A DNA stretch of 64,000 nt from Candidatus Zixiibacteriota bacterium (GCA_030615745.1 JAUWYR010000005.1:5703-69702); one strand, 5' to 3'; shown: positions 38,706 through 49,775, counted from the first letter of the stretch. Numbers and translations: made by a program. The notes: generated by a model not told the origin, from the letters alone.

Positions 38706-38863
38706 TTTTAATAAATTATGAGATACAAAATGTTGGAGGTAAGCCTTGTTACCAAGTTCGTAGGTCGATTTTCTCATTTGAGTCATTTCTGACCAAAATC
38801 GACATTTTTGGTTGTCGAAATTGGAATTTCGACTTACTTCTTTTTCTCACCCAGTAGGGGAGG

Positions 38864-38909
38864 GGTTTATCCCCTCCCGTCCTTCGGGAGCCCACAAGGG
38901 GCTCCCCTA
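38864..38909. repeat. REP-like family D copy 4 (inverted)
   Basis: gtaggggaggggtttatcccctcccgtccttcgggagcccacaaggggctcccctac. Confidence 0.7.
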
Positions 38910-39008
38910 CATATTACTTTTATTTTTTGGAAACGTAATAGTACGTAATAGAAGCAGGAATTTATCCTGCTGTGAGGACATTTTTGGGAGTATAAAATTG
39001 AAAAGAAT

Positions 39009-40586
39009 CTATTTTTTGACTTCCTCTAATACTTTCCTCTTACTCGCAGGAAGTTTGATTATAAACTCAGTCCCTTTTTGAGGATGGCTTTCAACTTTTA
39101 TCTCCCCATTATGCCTGGAGATAATTCCATATACAACGCTCAAACCCAGACCAGCTGCTTTATCTGTCTTGGTAGTAAAAAATGGATCGAAAATCTTTTT
39201 TAAAACCTCTCTGTTCATCCCGATGCCAGTATCTTTAACAGAAATTTTGACAGAATCGTCATCTGCCTCAGTTTTCAGGCTTATCCTCCCCCCTTGGGGC
39301 AAAGCTTCACAAGCATTCAAGATCAGACTGGTTAAAGCCTCTCTTAGCTCAGAAGGATTTCCCACCACCTTTGGAATTTCCCCTAAGTCAGTTGAAATGT
39401 CTATTTTTATCCCCTCGGACTCAGCTTCCTCCTTCCACTTCACCTTGGTTATATCCAGAGTCTGTTTGATTATCTGGTTCAAATCTACCTCCAGGAAAGT
39501 CTCATCCGGAGTTTTTTTGTGAAAAGCCTGGATCGCCTGTAATTTCTCTACACCATCCTGGGCTGCCTCCTCGATGACCTTGAGGAATTTCAGTAACTTT
39601 TCATCCTCTATTTTCCTTTCCAAAAGCTCTGCTCGACCCAAGATAATAGCGAAAATATTATTGAAATCATGGTTAATTCCGTTTGCCATATCTTTTAAGG
39701 CTCTAAATTTCTCTGCCTGGATCAGCCGGGTCTGAGTCCCCCTCATATCGTCTAATGTAAGCTTTAAAGCTTTCATCTTCTCTTTATTTTTCTCATAGAG
39801 TCCAGCTTTCTCAATGGCAACAGAAGCGTTTTGTGCAAAGATAGACAAAAACTTTAAATCTTCATCGTGGAATTTTTTTCCTGCACCTAATTTATTAACG
39901 TTTAAAACCCCTTTGACCTCTCCTCTCACTTTAAGAGGCACACAAAGAGCAGAGACATACTCTCTTTGTTTTGGAATTAAATCATCGAAATCATATTTTT
40001 TTATGTTATCAGGAGTTAAAAGTAGGGGCTGGGCGTGCTTCACCACCCATCCACAAACGCTTTTACCCATTCCCACCTCAGCATTTCTTACAAATTCCGT
40101 CTCTTTTCCATGAGCAGCAACACAGAAAAGTTTTCCTTTCTTTTTATCATAAAGCATAAGGGAAGATTGATCTCCATTCAGACATTTAAACGCATAAGAT
40201 GAGACCATCTCAAATATTCTGGATAGTTCCACCTCAGAATTAACTAAAGTACTTAATTCAAAAAGGGATTTCAACTCCTGATACCTGTTTCCCAATGCTA
40301 TGGATAATGAAATCTTCTCCTCTATAAGGGAATATCTGAGCTTACGGAGAGATAGCTCCTGAAAGATAATATAAGCTATAAAAAGAAGGGATAACCCGAA
40401 ATAACCTATGAACAAAAGATTGAAAGTGTAAGAGTTAATCTTTTGATAGTAAAGCTCACTTATATCTGAATAGAATATTACTGAAATGACGAAAACGGTT
40501 AACATTGAAAAAAGAAGGATCAACAATATCCAAAGATGCAACCCCCTTTTCTCAATTTTTTCCAATTCCTCAGGAACTAAACTCAC
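39009..40586 (-). CDS. Sensor histidine kinase (2 TM, GAF, HisKA, HATPase_c)
   Basis: H-box INHDFNNIFAIILGRAELL. The G1/G2 boxes are DTGIGM and GLGLS. Confidence 0.8.
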   Translation of the reverse strand: MSLVPEELEKIEKRGLHLWILLILLFSMLTVFVISVIFYSDISELYYQKINSYTFNLLFIGYFGLSLLFIAYIIFQELSLRKLRYSLIEEKISLSIALGNRYQELKSLFELSTLVNSEVELSRIFEMVSSYAFKCLNGDQSSLMLYDKKKGKLFCVAAHGKETEFVRNAEVGMGKSVCGWVVKHAQPLLLTPDNIKKYDFDDLIPKQREYVSALCVPLKVRGEVKGVLNVNKLGAGKKFHDEDLKFLSIFAQNASVAIEKAGLYEKNKEKMKALKLTLDDMRGTQTRLIQAEKFRALKDMANGINHDFNNIFAIILGRAELLERKIEDEKLLKFLKVIEEAAQDGVEKLQAIQAFHKKTPDETFLEVDLNQIIKQTLDITKVKWKEEAESEGIKIDISTDLGEIPKVVGNPSELREALTSLILNACEALPQGGRISLKTEADDDSVKISVKDTGIGMNREVLKKIFDPFFTTKTDKAAGLGLSVVYGIISRHNGEIKVESHPQKGTEFIIKLPASKRKVLEEVKK

Positions 40587-40685
40587 CGATCCCCCTTGAT
40601 AGTAAACTTTATATACCTATCGGAAAACAAAAAACAAACTTTAAACCAACTTAAAAAACAAATAAATGAATAAATCATTTTCTTA

Positions 40686-42644
40686 TTAATGAGAAGAATA
40701 AGAAACGGATTCTTTTTGAATTTTAGCTTGAAGCACTACGGATAGCAACTTTTCTTGAGTAAATGGTTTGGGCACGACAAAATCGACCCCTCTCTTTTTC
40801 GCCTCACTTATGTCAATCTGGGTTCCCCAACCAGTGATAAGCGCTACCCTTGTTTCTGGACTTATCTCTTTTAATCTTCTGGTTAATTCCCAGCCGGACA
40901 TCTTCTCCATTCCTAAATCTGTAAAAACTAAATCAAAAAGACCCTTTTTGAAAATCTCCAAACCCTCCTCTCCATTCTTTGCTATCCTAACTTTGTGTCC
41001 AGCTTCAACAAGCATCTCTTTAAGTATTTCTCTTACCTCTTTTTGGTCTTCAATCAAAAGAATATCGCTTGGGAAAAAGAGAATTTTCCCCTTTTCCTCA
41101 ACTATCTTTTTTTTCTGTGACTTAGGAAGTTTAATTAGAAAAGTTGCCCCTCTCTTTGGCTGACTTTCAATCGTTATAGTCCCTTTATGTCTGTAGATTA
41201 TTCCATATGCAACGCTTAAACCTAAGCCTATATCCTCCACTCCTTTGGTGGAAAAGAAGGGGTCAAATGCTTTCTTTTTAACCTCCTCTGTCATCCCGAT
41301 ACCAGTATCACGCACTCTGATCAAAACAAAATCTTTTTGTGCTTCAGTTTCCAAAAAGATCTTGCCACCTTCAGGCATAGCATCTATCGAATTGAAAATA
41401 AGATTTGTTAAAACCTCCCTGAGCTCAGAAGGATCTCCCCAAACCTCTCCGACCTCCTTTAAGTTGCAAAAAATCTCAATTTTTATCCCCTTAGCTTCAG
41501 CTTCATCTTTCCATTTGGGTTTAGTAATCTCAATTGTCTGTTTAATTATATTATTAATATCCACGTTTAAAAAGAGTTTATCCGGCTCAGCTTTAGTAAG
41601 CTCCTGAAGTTTTCTTATCGTATCTGTAGCATCATTTGTCACCTTTTGGATGATCTTAAGCGGTTTTACTATATCTTCATCTTTTATCCGCTTAAGAAGC
41701 AACTCTGTTCTTCCAGATATCACTGCCAGCATATTGTTAAAATCGTGAGCTACTCCTCTAGCTAACTCTCCTAAAGCTCTTAATTTCTCCGATTGAACCA
41801 ATTGATGTTGTGTGGATTTCAACTCCTGGATGGTATTCTCCAACACTTGGGTGCGTGATTTTAGCTTTTGATATAACTCCGCTTTATCAATGGATAGGGC
41901 TGCGTTCTCAGCAAATATCAAAACCAATTTCAAATCGCTTTGGTCAAATTGTCTTTCACCTTTAAAAACCGAAACGCTCAAAACTCCTTTTATCTGATCT
42001 TTGACTTTTAAAGGGACATACATAGCAGAAGTAGCTTTGTGCCCTTTAGCTAAATCCTTTTGAGTTTTGTTATTTTTGTTCCAGAGCAAAGGCTTTTTAT
42101 ATTTTATCACCCACTCTGCTATCTTCTCATCTGAGTCCAGATCAAATTTTTCTATCTTCCCTTTTTCCCTCAAAAAGAGCACACGGGAAAGTTTTCTTTT
42201 AATCTTATCATATAAAATGATTTTAGAGACCTCTGCGTCTAAGGAGCGCAAAACAGTATGGCAGATTGTATCTAAGACCTCATTCACCTCAGTTTCGGAG
42301 TTAACCAAAGTGCTCACTTCAAACAAAGCCTTTAATTCCACAAATCTTTCCTTCAGATTAAAAGCTAAGATTTTCTGTCTGACCAAATCCTCCCGTAGCT
42401 TTTTAATAGAGTGCTCTTTTAAAAGGAGGTATGCGGAGAAAAATAAAGATAACGCAGAAAATCCTAAAAATAAAATCGTGAAGTTATATTGGCTTAACTC
42501 CTCAGCATAGATATCCTGCAGGTCCGAATAGAAGATAACTAATAAGATAAAGGCACCGAATATCAACAAGACCATAATAGTCAAAACCCACAGGTGCCAG
42601 TCCCTTTTCTCCAGATTCTTTATCTCCTGATTGATTTGATTCAA
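40686..42644 (-). CDS. Hybrid sensor histidine kinase (2 TM, GAF-like, HisKA, HATPase_c, C-terminal REC)
   Basis: H-box VAHDFNNMLAVISGRTELL, an ATPase domain, and a C-terminal receiver LIEDQKEVREIL...TDLGMEKMSG. Confidence 0.8.
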   Translation of the reverse strand: MNQINQEIKNLEKRDWHLWVLTIMVLLIFGAFILLVIFYSDLQDIYAEELSQYNFTILFLGFSALSLFFSAYLLLKEHSIKKLREDLVRQKILAFNLKERFVELKALFEVSTLVNSETEVNEVLDTICHTVLRSLDAEVSKIILYDKIKRKLSRVLFLREKGKIEKFDLDSDEKIAEWVIKYKKPLLWNKNNKTQKDLAKGHKATSAMYVPLKVKDQIKGVLSVSVFKGERQFDQSDLKLVLIFAENAALSIDKAELYQKLKSRTQVLENTIQELKSTQHQLVQSEKLRALGELARGVAHDFNNMLAVISGRTELLLKRIKDEDIVKPLKIIQKVTNDATDTIRKLQELTKAEPDKLFLNVDINNIIKQTIEITKPKWKDEAEAKGIKIEIFCNLKEVGEVWGDPSELREVLTNLIFNSIDAMPEGGKIFLETEAQKDFVLIRVRDTGIGMTEEVKKKAFDPFFSTKGVEDIGLGLSVAYGIIYRHKGTITIESQPKRGATFLIKLPKSQKKKIVEEKGKILFFPSDILLIEDQKEVREILKEMLVEAGHKVRIAKNGEEGLEIFKKGLFDLVFTDLGMEKMSGWELTRRLKEISPETRVALITGWGTQIDISEAKKRGVDFVVPKPFTQEKLLSVVLQAKIQKESVSYSSH

Positions 42645-42740
42645 ATAAATTCCCCTTCTTTTTGTCTTTATTATTTATATTTTCGGTAGAAATGGAAGTA
42701 TCTTTATAGAATCTGAGGAGTTAATTGCTTAAAGTTGACT

Positions 42741-43259
42741 TTAACTGGATGGCTTGGTTGCCCAGCTTATTCCTTTAACTAAAAGAGGTATAAGGATTAG
42801 CTGAATTATAATTCCGGGCAGTCCTGCTATAAAGGTAACTTTTAGAAAAGTGGAAAATCCATAGGGCATATTCAAAAATTGCCCCAAGATTAAAAGACCT
42901 GTGGCAAATCCAAATCTTCCCAAAATCATGGAGATAACTAAAGCCAAAATCAAAGGTAGTCTTTTGATTCTGATTAAAAGTCCTATACACAGTCCATAAA
43001 TAGGCAATTCCATTGCCATTAAAGGAACAGCATATGCTGGTGGCATGCCAGTTAAAAAAAAGCTTATTATAGGGGATAATATTCCCACTACAATTCCACT
43101 CAAAGGTCCGACAAATATCCCTGCTAAGAAAACCGGGATGTGCATGGGCAAAAATATTCTCCCCACTAAGGCGAATTGGTGAAATAAAAAAGGGACTATT
43201 ATCCCTAAGGCTAAAAATAGGGCGGTCAATGTGATTTTTTGGGATGAAAAAGAACTCAC
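42741..43259 (-). CDS. Small polytopic membrane protein, possible ECF-transporter S-component-like
   Basis: 172 aa with 5-6 TM segments; weak resemblance to ThiW/QueT-type S components. Overlaps the upstream MTase gene by 4 nt. Confidence 0.35.
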   Translation of the reverse strand: MSSFSSQKITLTALFLALGIIVPFLFHQFALVGRIFLPMHIPVFLAGIFVGPLSGIVVGILSPIISFFLTGMPPAYAVPLMAMELPIYGLCIGLLIRIKRLPLILALVISMILGRFGFATGLLILGQFLNMPYGFSTFLKVTFIAGLPGIIIQLILIPLLVKGISWATKPSS

Positions 43260-43861
43260 TTTTTTATTCCTGAAGCTAAATACAGGGAAGGCCTGTCGAT
43301 TATTTTAATATTTATAATCCCAGATTGCTCCATCATTTTTATCATTTTATTTTCTTTGGGAAGAACATCAAAAGCTACTTCTTTGTCAGCTTTTTTATGA
43401 TACATTTTGATTTCCTCAGAACTCAAAAGATGAGCTATAAAAATATTCTTCCTTTTCTTTAGAACCTTTACCATTTCAATCAATGCCTTCTCCTTATCGG
43501 AGAAATGGGCAAAAGCGCCAAAGCAAACAACATAATCGAAAAGATTTTCTTTCAACGGAATTTGACTGACATCCGAGTTAATGAAGTTTAAATTCCCTTC
43601 TCTGTTTTTGGCCTGGGCTTTTTTCAACATCTGAAAAGAGAAATCTAACTCGATTATCTTTCCTTTAGACCCAACATATTTCAATAAATAAGGAAGAAGA
43701 ATACCAGTTCCAGAACCTACATCCAAAACCCAACTCCCCTCTTTTATCTTGAATCTTGAGACAAGATCCTGGACCGGTGGAGAAACATTTGAGTAATACA
43801 ACTCATCCCATGAAGAGGCGAGATTATCAAAGAAACTTTTTTTGGACATAAATTTCACCAA
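43256..43861 (-). CDS. Class I SAM-dependent methyltransferase
   Basis: VLDVGSGTGIL motif I. Confidence 0.7.
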   Translation of the reverse strand: MVKFMSKKSFFDNLASSWDELYYSNVSPPVQDLVSRFKIKEGSWVLDVGSGTGILLPYLLKYVGSKGKIIELDFSFQMLKKAQAKNREGNLNFINSDVSQIPLKENLFDYVVCFGAFAHFSDKEKALIEMVKVLKKRKNIFIAHLLSSEEIKMYHKKADKEVAFDVLPKENKMIKMMEQSGIINIKIIDRPSLYLASGIKK

Positions 43862-43919
43862 ATAGAGTATCTGCTAATTAGTATCGTTTGGGACAATCTC
43901 TTTTAAAAATTTGGCAAAT

Positions 43920-44255
43920 TCAAATGGTGATTACATCATCTTTCTCCATTAAAAGCTTCAAGAGCTCAGGCATATTCCCGATTCTACCAACCTGGATTTT
44001 CTCTGATAGACCATAATAGTTAACACAGGTGGCACAAGAGATAATATCAACCCCCATATTCTCTAAGGAGAGAAGTGCATCCATAACAGGAGAACCCTCA
44101 GCAACAAGCTTAACCCCCAATCCATAGAAAACAAGCTTCTCCGGTTTTTTATCCAGACCGACCATACCATTTATGAACTTCTTCATCATAATATGCCCGA
44201 TCTCCTCTGCCCCCTCACCCATTCTGTCCGAGTTTATCAAGATAATCTTTTTCAT
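43920..44255 (-). CDS. DsrE/DsrF/YedF-like sulfur-relay-fold protein
   Basis: MKKIILINSDRMGEG...ISCATC motif pattern of the DsrE-like family. The start was moved to MKKIIL (ORF track: 44324). Confidence 0.45.
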   Translation of the reverse strand: MKKIILINSDRMGEGAEEIGHIMMKKFINGMVGLDKKPEKLVFYGLGVKLVAEGSPVMDALLSLENMGVDIISCATCVNYYGLSEKIQVGRIGNMPELLKLLMEKDDVITI

Positions 44256-44348
44256 CTTTTCGCCTTTCTTCTTACGTGTTTGCGAAGTGCAGAAAGGATT
44301 TAGGTAAGCGATAACGAACCACAAACACGCGGTTATCTGAACTTCGGC

Positions 44349-44975
44349 TCATATCTTTATGAAATAAGCAAATATTCCTAAAACAATTAACACCAGTCCC
44401 GTTACCCTCCTTTCATGATGCTTCAAAGAATGCCACTTTATCCTTTCAACTCCTTTGCGACCTAAATCCACCAACAAGAGCATACCGAGAACGGTCACGA
44501 TCAGATAGACAATTGAAACAACAGTAATGCCTGGCCAGCCAAGAGTCCCTGCTGTAAAATAATATGCCTCAATCTCAATGCACGGCGAGAAAAACATTGC
44601 AATTCCTAAAGAAGCTATGATAGTAAGTTTCGATCTTTTGGAAATTGAGCCAATTTCCACAGGGTTTTTGTGGTGATGAGAACTCTTTAAGTCCACCATT
44701 AGGTAAATGAGTCCAAGAAGAACCAAAATTAAAGGGGCAACAACTCTTGTAACAAACTGGTGACTGGAAGAAAGTTTGTAACCAGCTAAGCCGATGATAA
44801 TTCCAACTAAGATAGTGCTGATGGTATGAGCACCTCCAGTGATGGCTGTTATCCACAAAGTTTCAGTTCGCGACCAATTTTCAGTTTTACCAATTGCAAC
44901 TAAAGGAAGCCAATGGTTGGGAATAGAAGCGTGGATTACGCTCAGCACTAAACTTCCAAAAAGAATTTGTATCAT
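44349..44975 (-). CDS. Membrane protein with His-rich loop (possible Ni/Co-type metal transporter)
   Basis: Six TM segments and an SSHHHKNP loop. The family is not confidently recognised. Confidence 0.4.
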   Translation of the reverse strand: MIQILFGSLVLSVIHASIPNHWLPLVAIGKTENWSRTETLWITAITGGAHTISTILVGIIIGLAGYKLSSSHQFVTRVVAPLILVLLGLIYLMVDLKSSHHHKNPVEIGSISKRSKLTIIASLGIAMFFSPCIEIEAYYFTAGTLGWPGITVVSIVYLIVTVLGMLLLVDLGRKGVERIKWHSLKHHERRVTGLVLIVLGIFAYFIKI

Positions 44976-45004
44976 ATCTTGCGTTTCCTTTACATATTAG
45001 CCAA

Positions 45005-45170
45005 ACTTCAGATAACGCTCTCTGGCTTTGCGCAGTGTGGAGCATCTGGGCGAACTCTTCGGCTTCGCTGAGGATAAACTCCGTGAGCCGGATAGCCCGG
45101 GTTAAGTAAGTGCGATAGCACCGAGCCCCGATAGAATCGGGGCGAAGAGTCGCCCGAAGCCCGCCTATTT
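45005..45170. other. GC-rich, hairpin-dense noncoding segment (candidate structured RNA or REP cluster)
   Basis: Local GC is far above the window average. Contains ccccgattctatcggggc and gcttcgggcgactcttcgccc stem-loops. No protein-like ORF. Confidence 0.25.
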
Positions 45171-45917
45171 CTTCCTTCCAACCACATAGCCATATCCTAT
45201 GTAATCACTATATTCTTTGAAAATTTTTCTGTATTCATTCATTGCTTTGCGGAGGTCAGAGCGTAACAAAAGCTTACAACCCATCTTTATCACACCTTTG
45301 AGACCAAGTTCTTTCTTCATTGCTTTTTCCATATCAGGTATTGTTTCAGAAAAATCTACGGTTTTGATATCAACCATCCCCATCTTTTCATAGAAATTTT
45401 TCCATTCTTCGAATGTCATCGTTCTAAAACCTTCCCAAACATTATAGACTTTATCTACTAATTCTTTTGGTGGCAGCTTTTGCCAAGTCATTTCTAAATC
45501 ACCAATGTATCCACCAGATTTAGTCACTCGAAGGAATTCTGAAAATGCTTTTTCTTTCTCCAGAAGTACGGTTGTGCATTCTGCCAGAACAATATCAAAA
45601 CTTTCATCTTCAAATAGTAAATTATGTGCATCAGCTCTTCTAAAACTGACTCTATCATTTAATCCCTTTTTCTTTGCCATTTCCTTTGCATATTCAATCA
45701 TCCTTTCTGACAAATCCAGTCCAACAATTTCACACTCATATTTTTGAGCCAGATGACAGGTTGTCACACCCTTTCCAGAGCCTATGTCTAAAACTTTCTT
45801 GTCCTTTCCTATTTTGCACATCCTTGCCATTTCATCAGTTTTTTCTATCCCGCCAGGATGGAGAATTTCTAAGCCACAAGAATACATCATCTCATCAATA
45901 TCAGCCATTTTTCCCAT
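45165..45917 (-). CDS. Class I SAM-dependent methyltransferase
   Basis: VLDIGSGKGVTT motif I and an acidic motif II (VGLDLSE). Confidence 0.7.
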   Translation of the reverse strand: MGKMADIDEMMYSCGLEILHPGGIEKTDEMARMCKIGKDKKVLDIGSGKGVTTCHLAQKYECEIVGLDLSERMIEYAKEMAKKKGLNDRVSFRRADAHNLLFEDESFDIVLAECTTVLLEKEKAFSEFLRVTKSGGYIGDLEMTWQKLPPKELVDKVYNVWEGFRTMTFEEWKNFYEKMGMVDIKTVDFSETIPDMEKAMKKELGLKGVIKMGCKLLLRSDLRKAMNEYRKIFKEYSDYIGYGYVVGRKK

Positions 45918-46093
45918 TTTGTTATCTTCTTTTTATGAGTTATTCAATTTATATCTGCGAGCGAGAGCAATTTCACTTAACCTCCTGCGTTATCTGGTTC
46001 AGGCTTATGCCCTCACCCAAATCCCTCACTTCGTTAAGGACTTGAGATACACGCTGTTATCCTCCGTTGGTTTATTTCTCAAATAATGTTCTC

Positions 46094-47245
46094 TCACCTC
46101 ACTTTCTCCGTCTCAGCCATTATTAGAGTTCTGCGTTTACACCAGGGTAAATCTAAATGACACTCTTCAAATAAATAGCAAGTCCTTTTGCAAATCGAAA
46201 CAAGCATAAGCATCACTGGCACCTCGATCAAAACACCCACTACTGTTGCTAAAGCTGCACCTGATGCTAAGCCAAATAACATCGTAGAAGTAGCGATCGC
46301 CACCTCGAAGTGATTAGATGCACCGATAATTGCTGATGGTGCAGCGTCATGATATGAAAACCGCCCCAATCGAGCAAGAGTGTAGCCCAATGTAAAAATG
46401 AATACCGTCTGAATAAAAAGTGGAACGGCAATCCATAAAATGGTTAAGGGATGTTTTATGATAATTTCACCCTTGAAGGAAAATAAGAGCACCAATGTGG
46501 TTAAAAGTGCAATTATGCTAATCGGCGTAAGCCAGTGTAAGAATTTTTCCTTAAACCAATATATCCCTTTGGTTTTGATGATCCACTTACGTGAGAAATA
46601 TCCAGCCACTAACGGCAAGGCAACATAGATCATGACCGAAAGCAAAATGGTTTGCCAGGGAATCGGCATTGCGTTGACACCAAGCAAAAAGCCACCCAAA
46701 GGGCCATATAACACAAGCATCATCAGTGAATTTATAGCGACCATAACCAAAGTGTGTCCATCGTTACCCTTTGCCAAATAACCCCACAAAAGCACCATTG
46801 CGGTACATGGAGCGATCCCCAAAAGAATACAGCCAGAGATGTAGCTTCTCCATAGCTGGACTTCTTGACCTGATTTTACAATTTCTGTTCCTGACAAAAA
46901 ACCATGAAATATATACCCCAAGAACAGTGTTGCAATCGCATACATTGTAAAAGGCTTAATTGCCCAGTTGATGAAAAGAGTCAGTAAAACTGGTTTTGGT
47001 GTTTTGCCTGCCCGTATTATTTCCCCAAAGTCAATTTTAACCATAATCGGATACATCATAAAAAACAGACAAATTGCGATGGGAATGGATACCTGGTATA
47101 AAGAAAGAGAATCCAGTTTTAATGCGATTTCAGGTGCTAACCTCCCTAAAACAATACCTCCAACAATGCAGACTAAAACCCAAAGGGTTAAATATTTCTC
47201 AAAAATGGATAACTTTCTTTCCACTCTTATCTTTTTCCTCCTCAT
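46094..47245 (-). CDS. acr3: ACR3-family arsenite efflux transporter with Cys-rich C-terminal tail
   Basis: The N-terminus ([23 protein letters not shown]) and 10-TM layout match the ACR3/ArsB(Acr3) family. There is an extra [21 protein letters not shown] tail. Confidence 0.8.
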   Translation of the reverse strand: MRRKKIRVERKLSIFEKYLTLWVLVCIVGGIVLGRLAPEIALKLDSLSLYQVSIPIAICLFFMMYPIMVKIDFGEIIRAGKTPKPVLLTLFINWAIKPFTMYAIATLFLGYIFHGFLSGTEIVKSGQEVQLWRSYISGCILLGIAPCTAMVLLWGYLAKGNDGHTLVMVAINSLMMLVLYGPLGGFLLGVNAMPIPWQTILLSVMIYVALPLVAGYFSRKWIIKTKGIYWFKEKFLHWLTPISIIALLTTLVLLFSFKGEIIIKHPLTILWIAVPLFIQTVFIFTLGYTLARLGRFSYHDAAPSAIIGASNHFEVAIATSTMLFGLASGAALATVVGVLIEVPVMLMLVSICKRTCYLFEECHLDLPWCKRRTLIMAETEKVR

Positions 47246-47439
47246 TCAAGACAATGGCGTATAACTCTTAAAAAGTTGTGACATTTGGGTGGTTCAAAGC
47301 TAAAGCAGCTTGGTATCAGGAGCTTTATAAACCACCTTCGTCCTATCTTGGCCTAACTTCTGCAAAATCTTATAGGGTGAAACTGTTTTATCCACCATTT
47401 CCTTTAAGGCTCTACACCGAAGACACACTTATATATCTT

Positions 47440-47466
47440 GCGGGGATTTTAACATCCCCCGCTGGA
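47440..47466 (-). terminator. Hairpin terminator downstream of kbl
   Basis: gcggggattttaacatcccccgc perfect 9-bp stem, 35 nt 3' of the kbl stop. Confidence 0.4.
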
Positions 47467-47500
47467 ACAGAGAAATTTAAACACCTTTTTTAGCAGAACA

Positions 47501-48694
47501 CTATTTCTTTAACACCCCATATTTTCCCCCGATCTTGGTGAAAGCTTCGATAGCTTTATCTAAGTGTTTTTTCTCGTGACCAGCAGATAGCTGAACCCTT
47601 ATTCTCGCCTGACCACGAGGAACAACTGGATATGAAAAGCCGATAACATAGATTCCCTCAGCTAAAAGGTCCCTGGCAAAATCAAAAGCTAATTTCTCCT
47701 CATATAACATAATAGGGACTATAGGGTGCACTCCCTCTTTTATTTCGAATCCAGCCTGGGTCATCTTTTCTCTGAAATATTTTGTGTTCTCCTCTAACTT
47801 ATCCCTGAGCTCAGTAGTCTTTCCCAGCATATCGAAAACCTTGATAGATGTGTAAACAACAACTGGTGCTAAGGTGTTTGAGAAAAGATAAGGTCTTGAC
47901 CTCTGGCGCAAAATATCTATTATCTCCTTTCTTCCGGTGGTGAATCCTCCAGAAGCTCCACCCAAGGCTTTTCCTAAGGTGCTGGTGATAATATCAACTC
48001 TTCCTTCAACTCCTCTGTACTCCGGAGTTCCCCTTCCGGTTTTGCCTAAAAACCCGGTAGAGTGGGCATCATCTATCATCACCAAGGCATCATATTTTTC
48101 AGCCAAAGGACAGATCTGGTCCAATCTGGCAATATCACCATCCATGCTGAAAACTCCATCGGTGACAACAAGACGTAGCTTATATTTCTGGGTATCCTTC
48201 AAATGAGCTTCCAGGTCGTTCATATCCACATGCTTGAATCTTCTCCGCTCAGCCTTACAAAGCCTTATGCCATCAATTATACTTGCATGATTTAACTCAT
48301 CAGATATAACCGCACATTCTGAATCCAATAAGGTCTCGAAAAGACCTCCATTAGCATCAAAGCAGGAAGTATATAAAATGGTATCATCAGTCCCCAGAAA
48401 ATCGGAAATTTTTCTCTCCAGCTCCTTGTGAATATCCTGGGTCCCGCAGATGAATCTTACAGATGACATCCCGAAACCATATTTTTCAACCCCCTCTTTA
48501 GCCGCTTCGATCAATTCTTTTTTTCCAGCCAGGCCTAAATAATTATTCGCACAGAAGTTTATAACCGCACCGGTATCTACAACTTTTATATCAGCAGACT
48601 GTGGGGTGATGATAATCCTTTCACCCTTAAAAAGCCCGGCATTTTTAATATTTTCCAACTCTTTTCTTAACGTCTCTTTTAGTGCGCCATACAT
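47501..48694 (-). CDS. kbl: Glycine C-acetyltransferase (2-amino-3-ketobutyrate CoA ligase)
   Basis: PLP-dependent alpha-oxoamine synthase family ([13 protein letters not shown] region). Adjacent to tdh. Confidence 0.85.
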   Translation of the reverse strand: MYGALKETLRKELENIKNAGLFKGERIIITPQSADIKVVDTGAVINFCANNYLGLAGKKELIEAAKEGVEKYGFGMSSVRFICGTQDIHKELERKISDFLGTDDTILYTSCFDANGGLFETLLDSECAVISDELNHASIIDGIRLCKAERRRFKHVDMNDLEAHLKDTQKYKLRLVVTDGVFSMDGDIARLDQICPLAEKYDALVMIDDAHSTGFLGKTGRGTPEYRGVEGRVDIITSTLGKALGGASGGFTTGRKEIIDILRQRSRPYLFSNTLAPVVVYTSIKVFDMLGKTTELRDKLEENTKYFREKMTQAGFEIKEGVHPIVPIMLYEEKLAFDFARDLLAEGIYVIGFSYPVVPRGQARIRVQLSAGHEKKHLDKAIEAFTKIGGKYGVLKK

Positions 48695-48725
48695 AAAAAC
48701 TCCTCCTTTCTCAAATCTTTTTTTA

Positions 48726-49775
48726 TTATGGAAACAAAACCACTTTCCCTGACACCTTTGGTCGAGTCGTCATCAAACTGAACCCCTTTTCAAAATCCGT
48801 TAAAGGTAGTTTGTGAGTAACCACCGGCGATATATCTAATTTTTTGTATTTCAAAAGATTTGCCACTTTAAACCAGGTATTATACATCAATCTTCCATTG
48901 ATTCCATAAATAGTTACTCCCTTGAAAATAACACCGTTGTTATAGTCAAGCTGAACCGGGCCAGATGCCACACCAAAAGCAGAGAACCTTCCTCCTTTGC
49001 GAACCAATTTGAATCCTAAATCTAAAGCCCTCTGAGTTCCAGCCATATCCAAAACCACATCCACTCCTACACCACTGGTGGCATCCATTATTATCTTTTC
49101 AACATTATCAGTCCTATCATTTAAAAGAACATCTGCTCCCATCTTTTTGGCGATGTCCAATCTGAAGGGGTGGCGTCCTACAATATAAATCTGAGCAGCT
49201 CCTCCTACCCGAGCAACTCCGGTGGCAAAAAGCCCGGTCGGACCATCACCAAAAATAAGGACATGCTTTCCGGTTACCGGCTCAATCAAAGTACAATAAA
49301 CAGCATTTCCCAGAGGCTCCTGCACCGAGGCAAATTCGGGTGGGATTAAAGGATCATTTTTCCAAACAACTATCTCAGGAATAGCAGCGTATTCCGCAAA
49401 GCACCCATCGCAGTCAACCCCTAAGATCTTTAAATTTCTGCAGATATGCATCTGCCCGGTCAAACACTGGATGCAGTCCATACAGGGGATATGGGTCTCT
49501 GCTGAGATATAATCTCCAACTTTTATTTTTGTAACCTGGCTCCCAACCTCAACTACCTCTCCTGCGAACTCATGCCCCATTATCTGAGGAATATTCTTTA
49601 TTCTCCCCTGTGCCCATTCGTTCCACTCATAGATATGCACATCAGTGCCACAGATTGAGGTTGCTTTGACTTTTACCAGAACCTGATCCGGCTTTACCTT
49701 CGGAAGATCCACCTCTACAAGCTCCGCACCCACATCCCTTTTGGTTTTCACAATTGTCTTCATCTTCTCTGGCAT
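48726..49775 (-). CDS. tdh: L-threonine 3-dehydrogenase (Zn-dependent MDR family)
   Basis: Zn-ADH motifs ([15 protein letters not shown], the CxxCxxC structural-zinc region) and the tdh-kbl operon context. Confidence 0.85.
   Translation of the reverse strand: MPEKMKTIVKTKRDVGAELVEVDLPKVKPDQVLVKVKATSICGTDVHIYEWNEWAQGRIKNIPQIMGHEFAGEVVEVGSQVTKIKVGDYISAETHIPCMDCIQCLTGQMHICRNLKILGVDCDGCFAEYAAIPEIVVWKNDPLIPPEFASVQEPLGNAVYCTLIEPVTGKHVLIFGDGPTGLFATGVARVGGAAQIYIVGRHPFRLDIAKKMGADVLLNDRTDNVEKIIMDATSGVGVDVVLDMAGTQRALDLGFKLVRKGGRFSAFGVASGPVQLDYNNGVIFKGVTIYGINGRLMYNTWFKVANLLKYKKLDISPVVTHKLPLTDFEKGFSLMTTRPKVSGKVVLFP

Noticed and set aside
45008-45193. ORF-track CDS of 61 aa
   Set aside because: It covers the GC-rich hairpin segment, and the Arg/Pro/Ser-rich translation is typical of a GC-rich noncoding frame.
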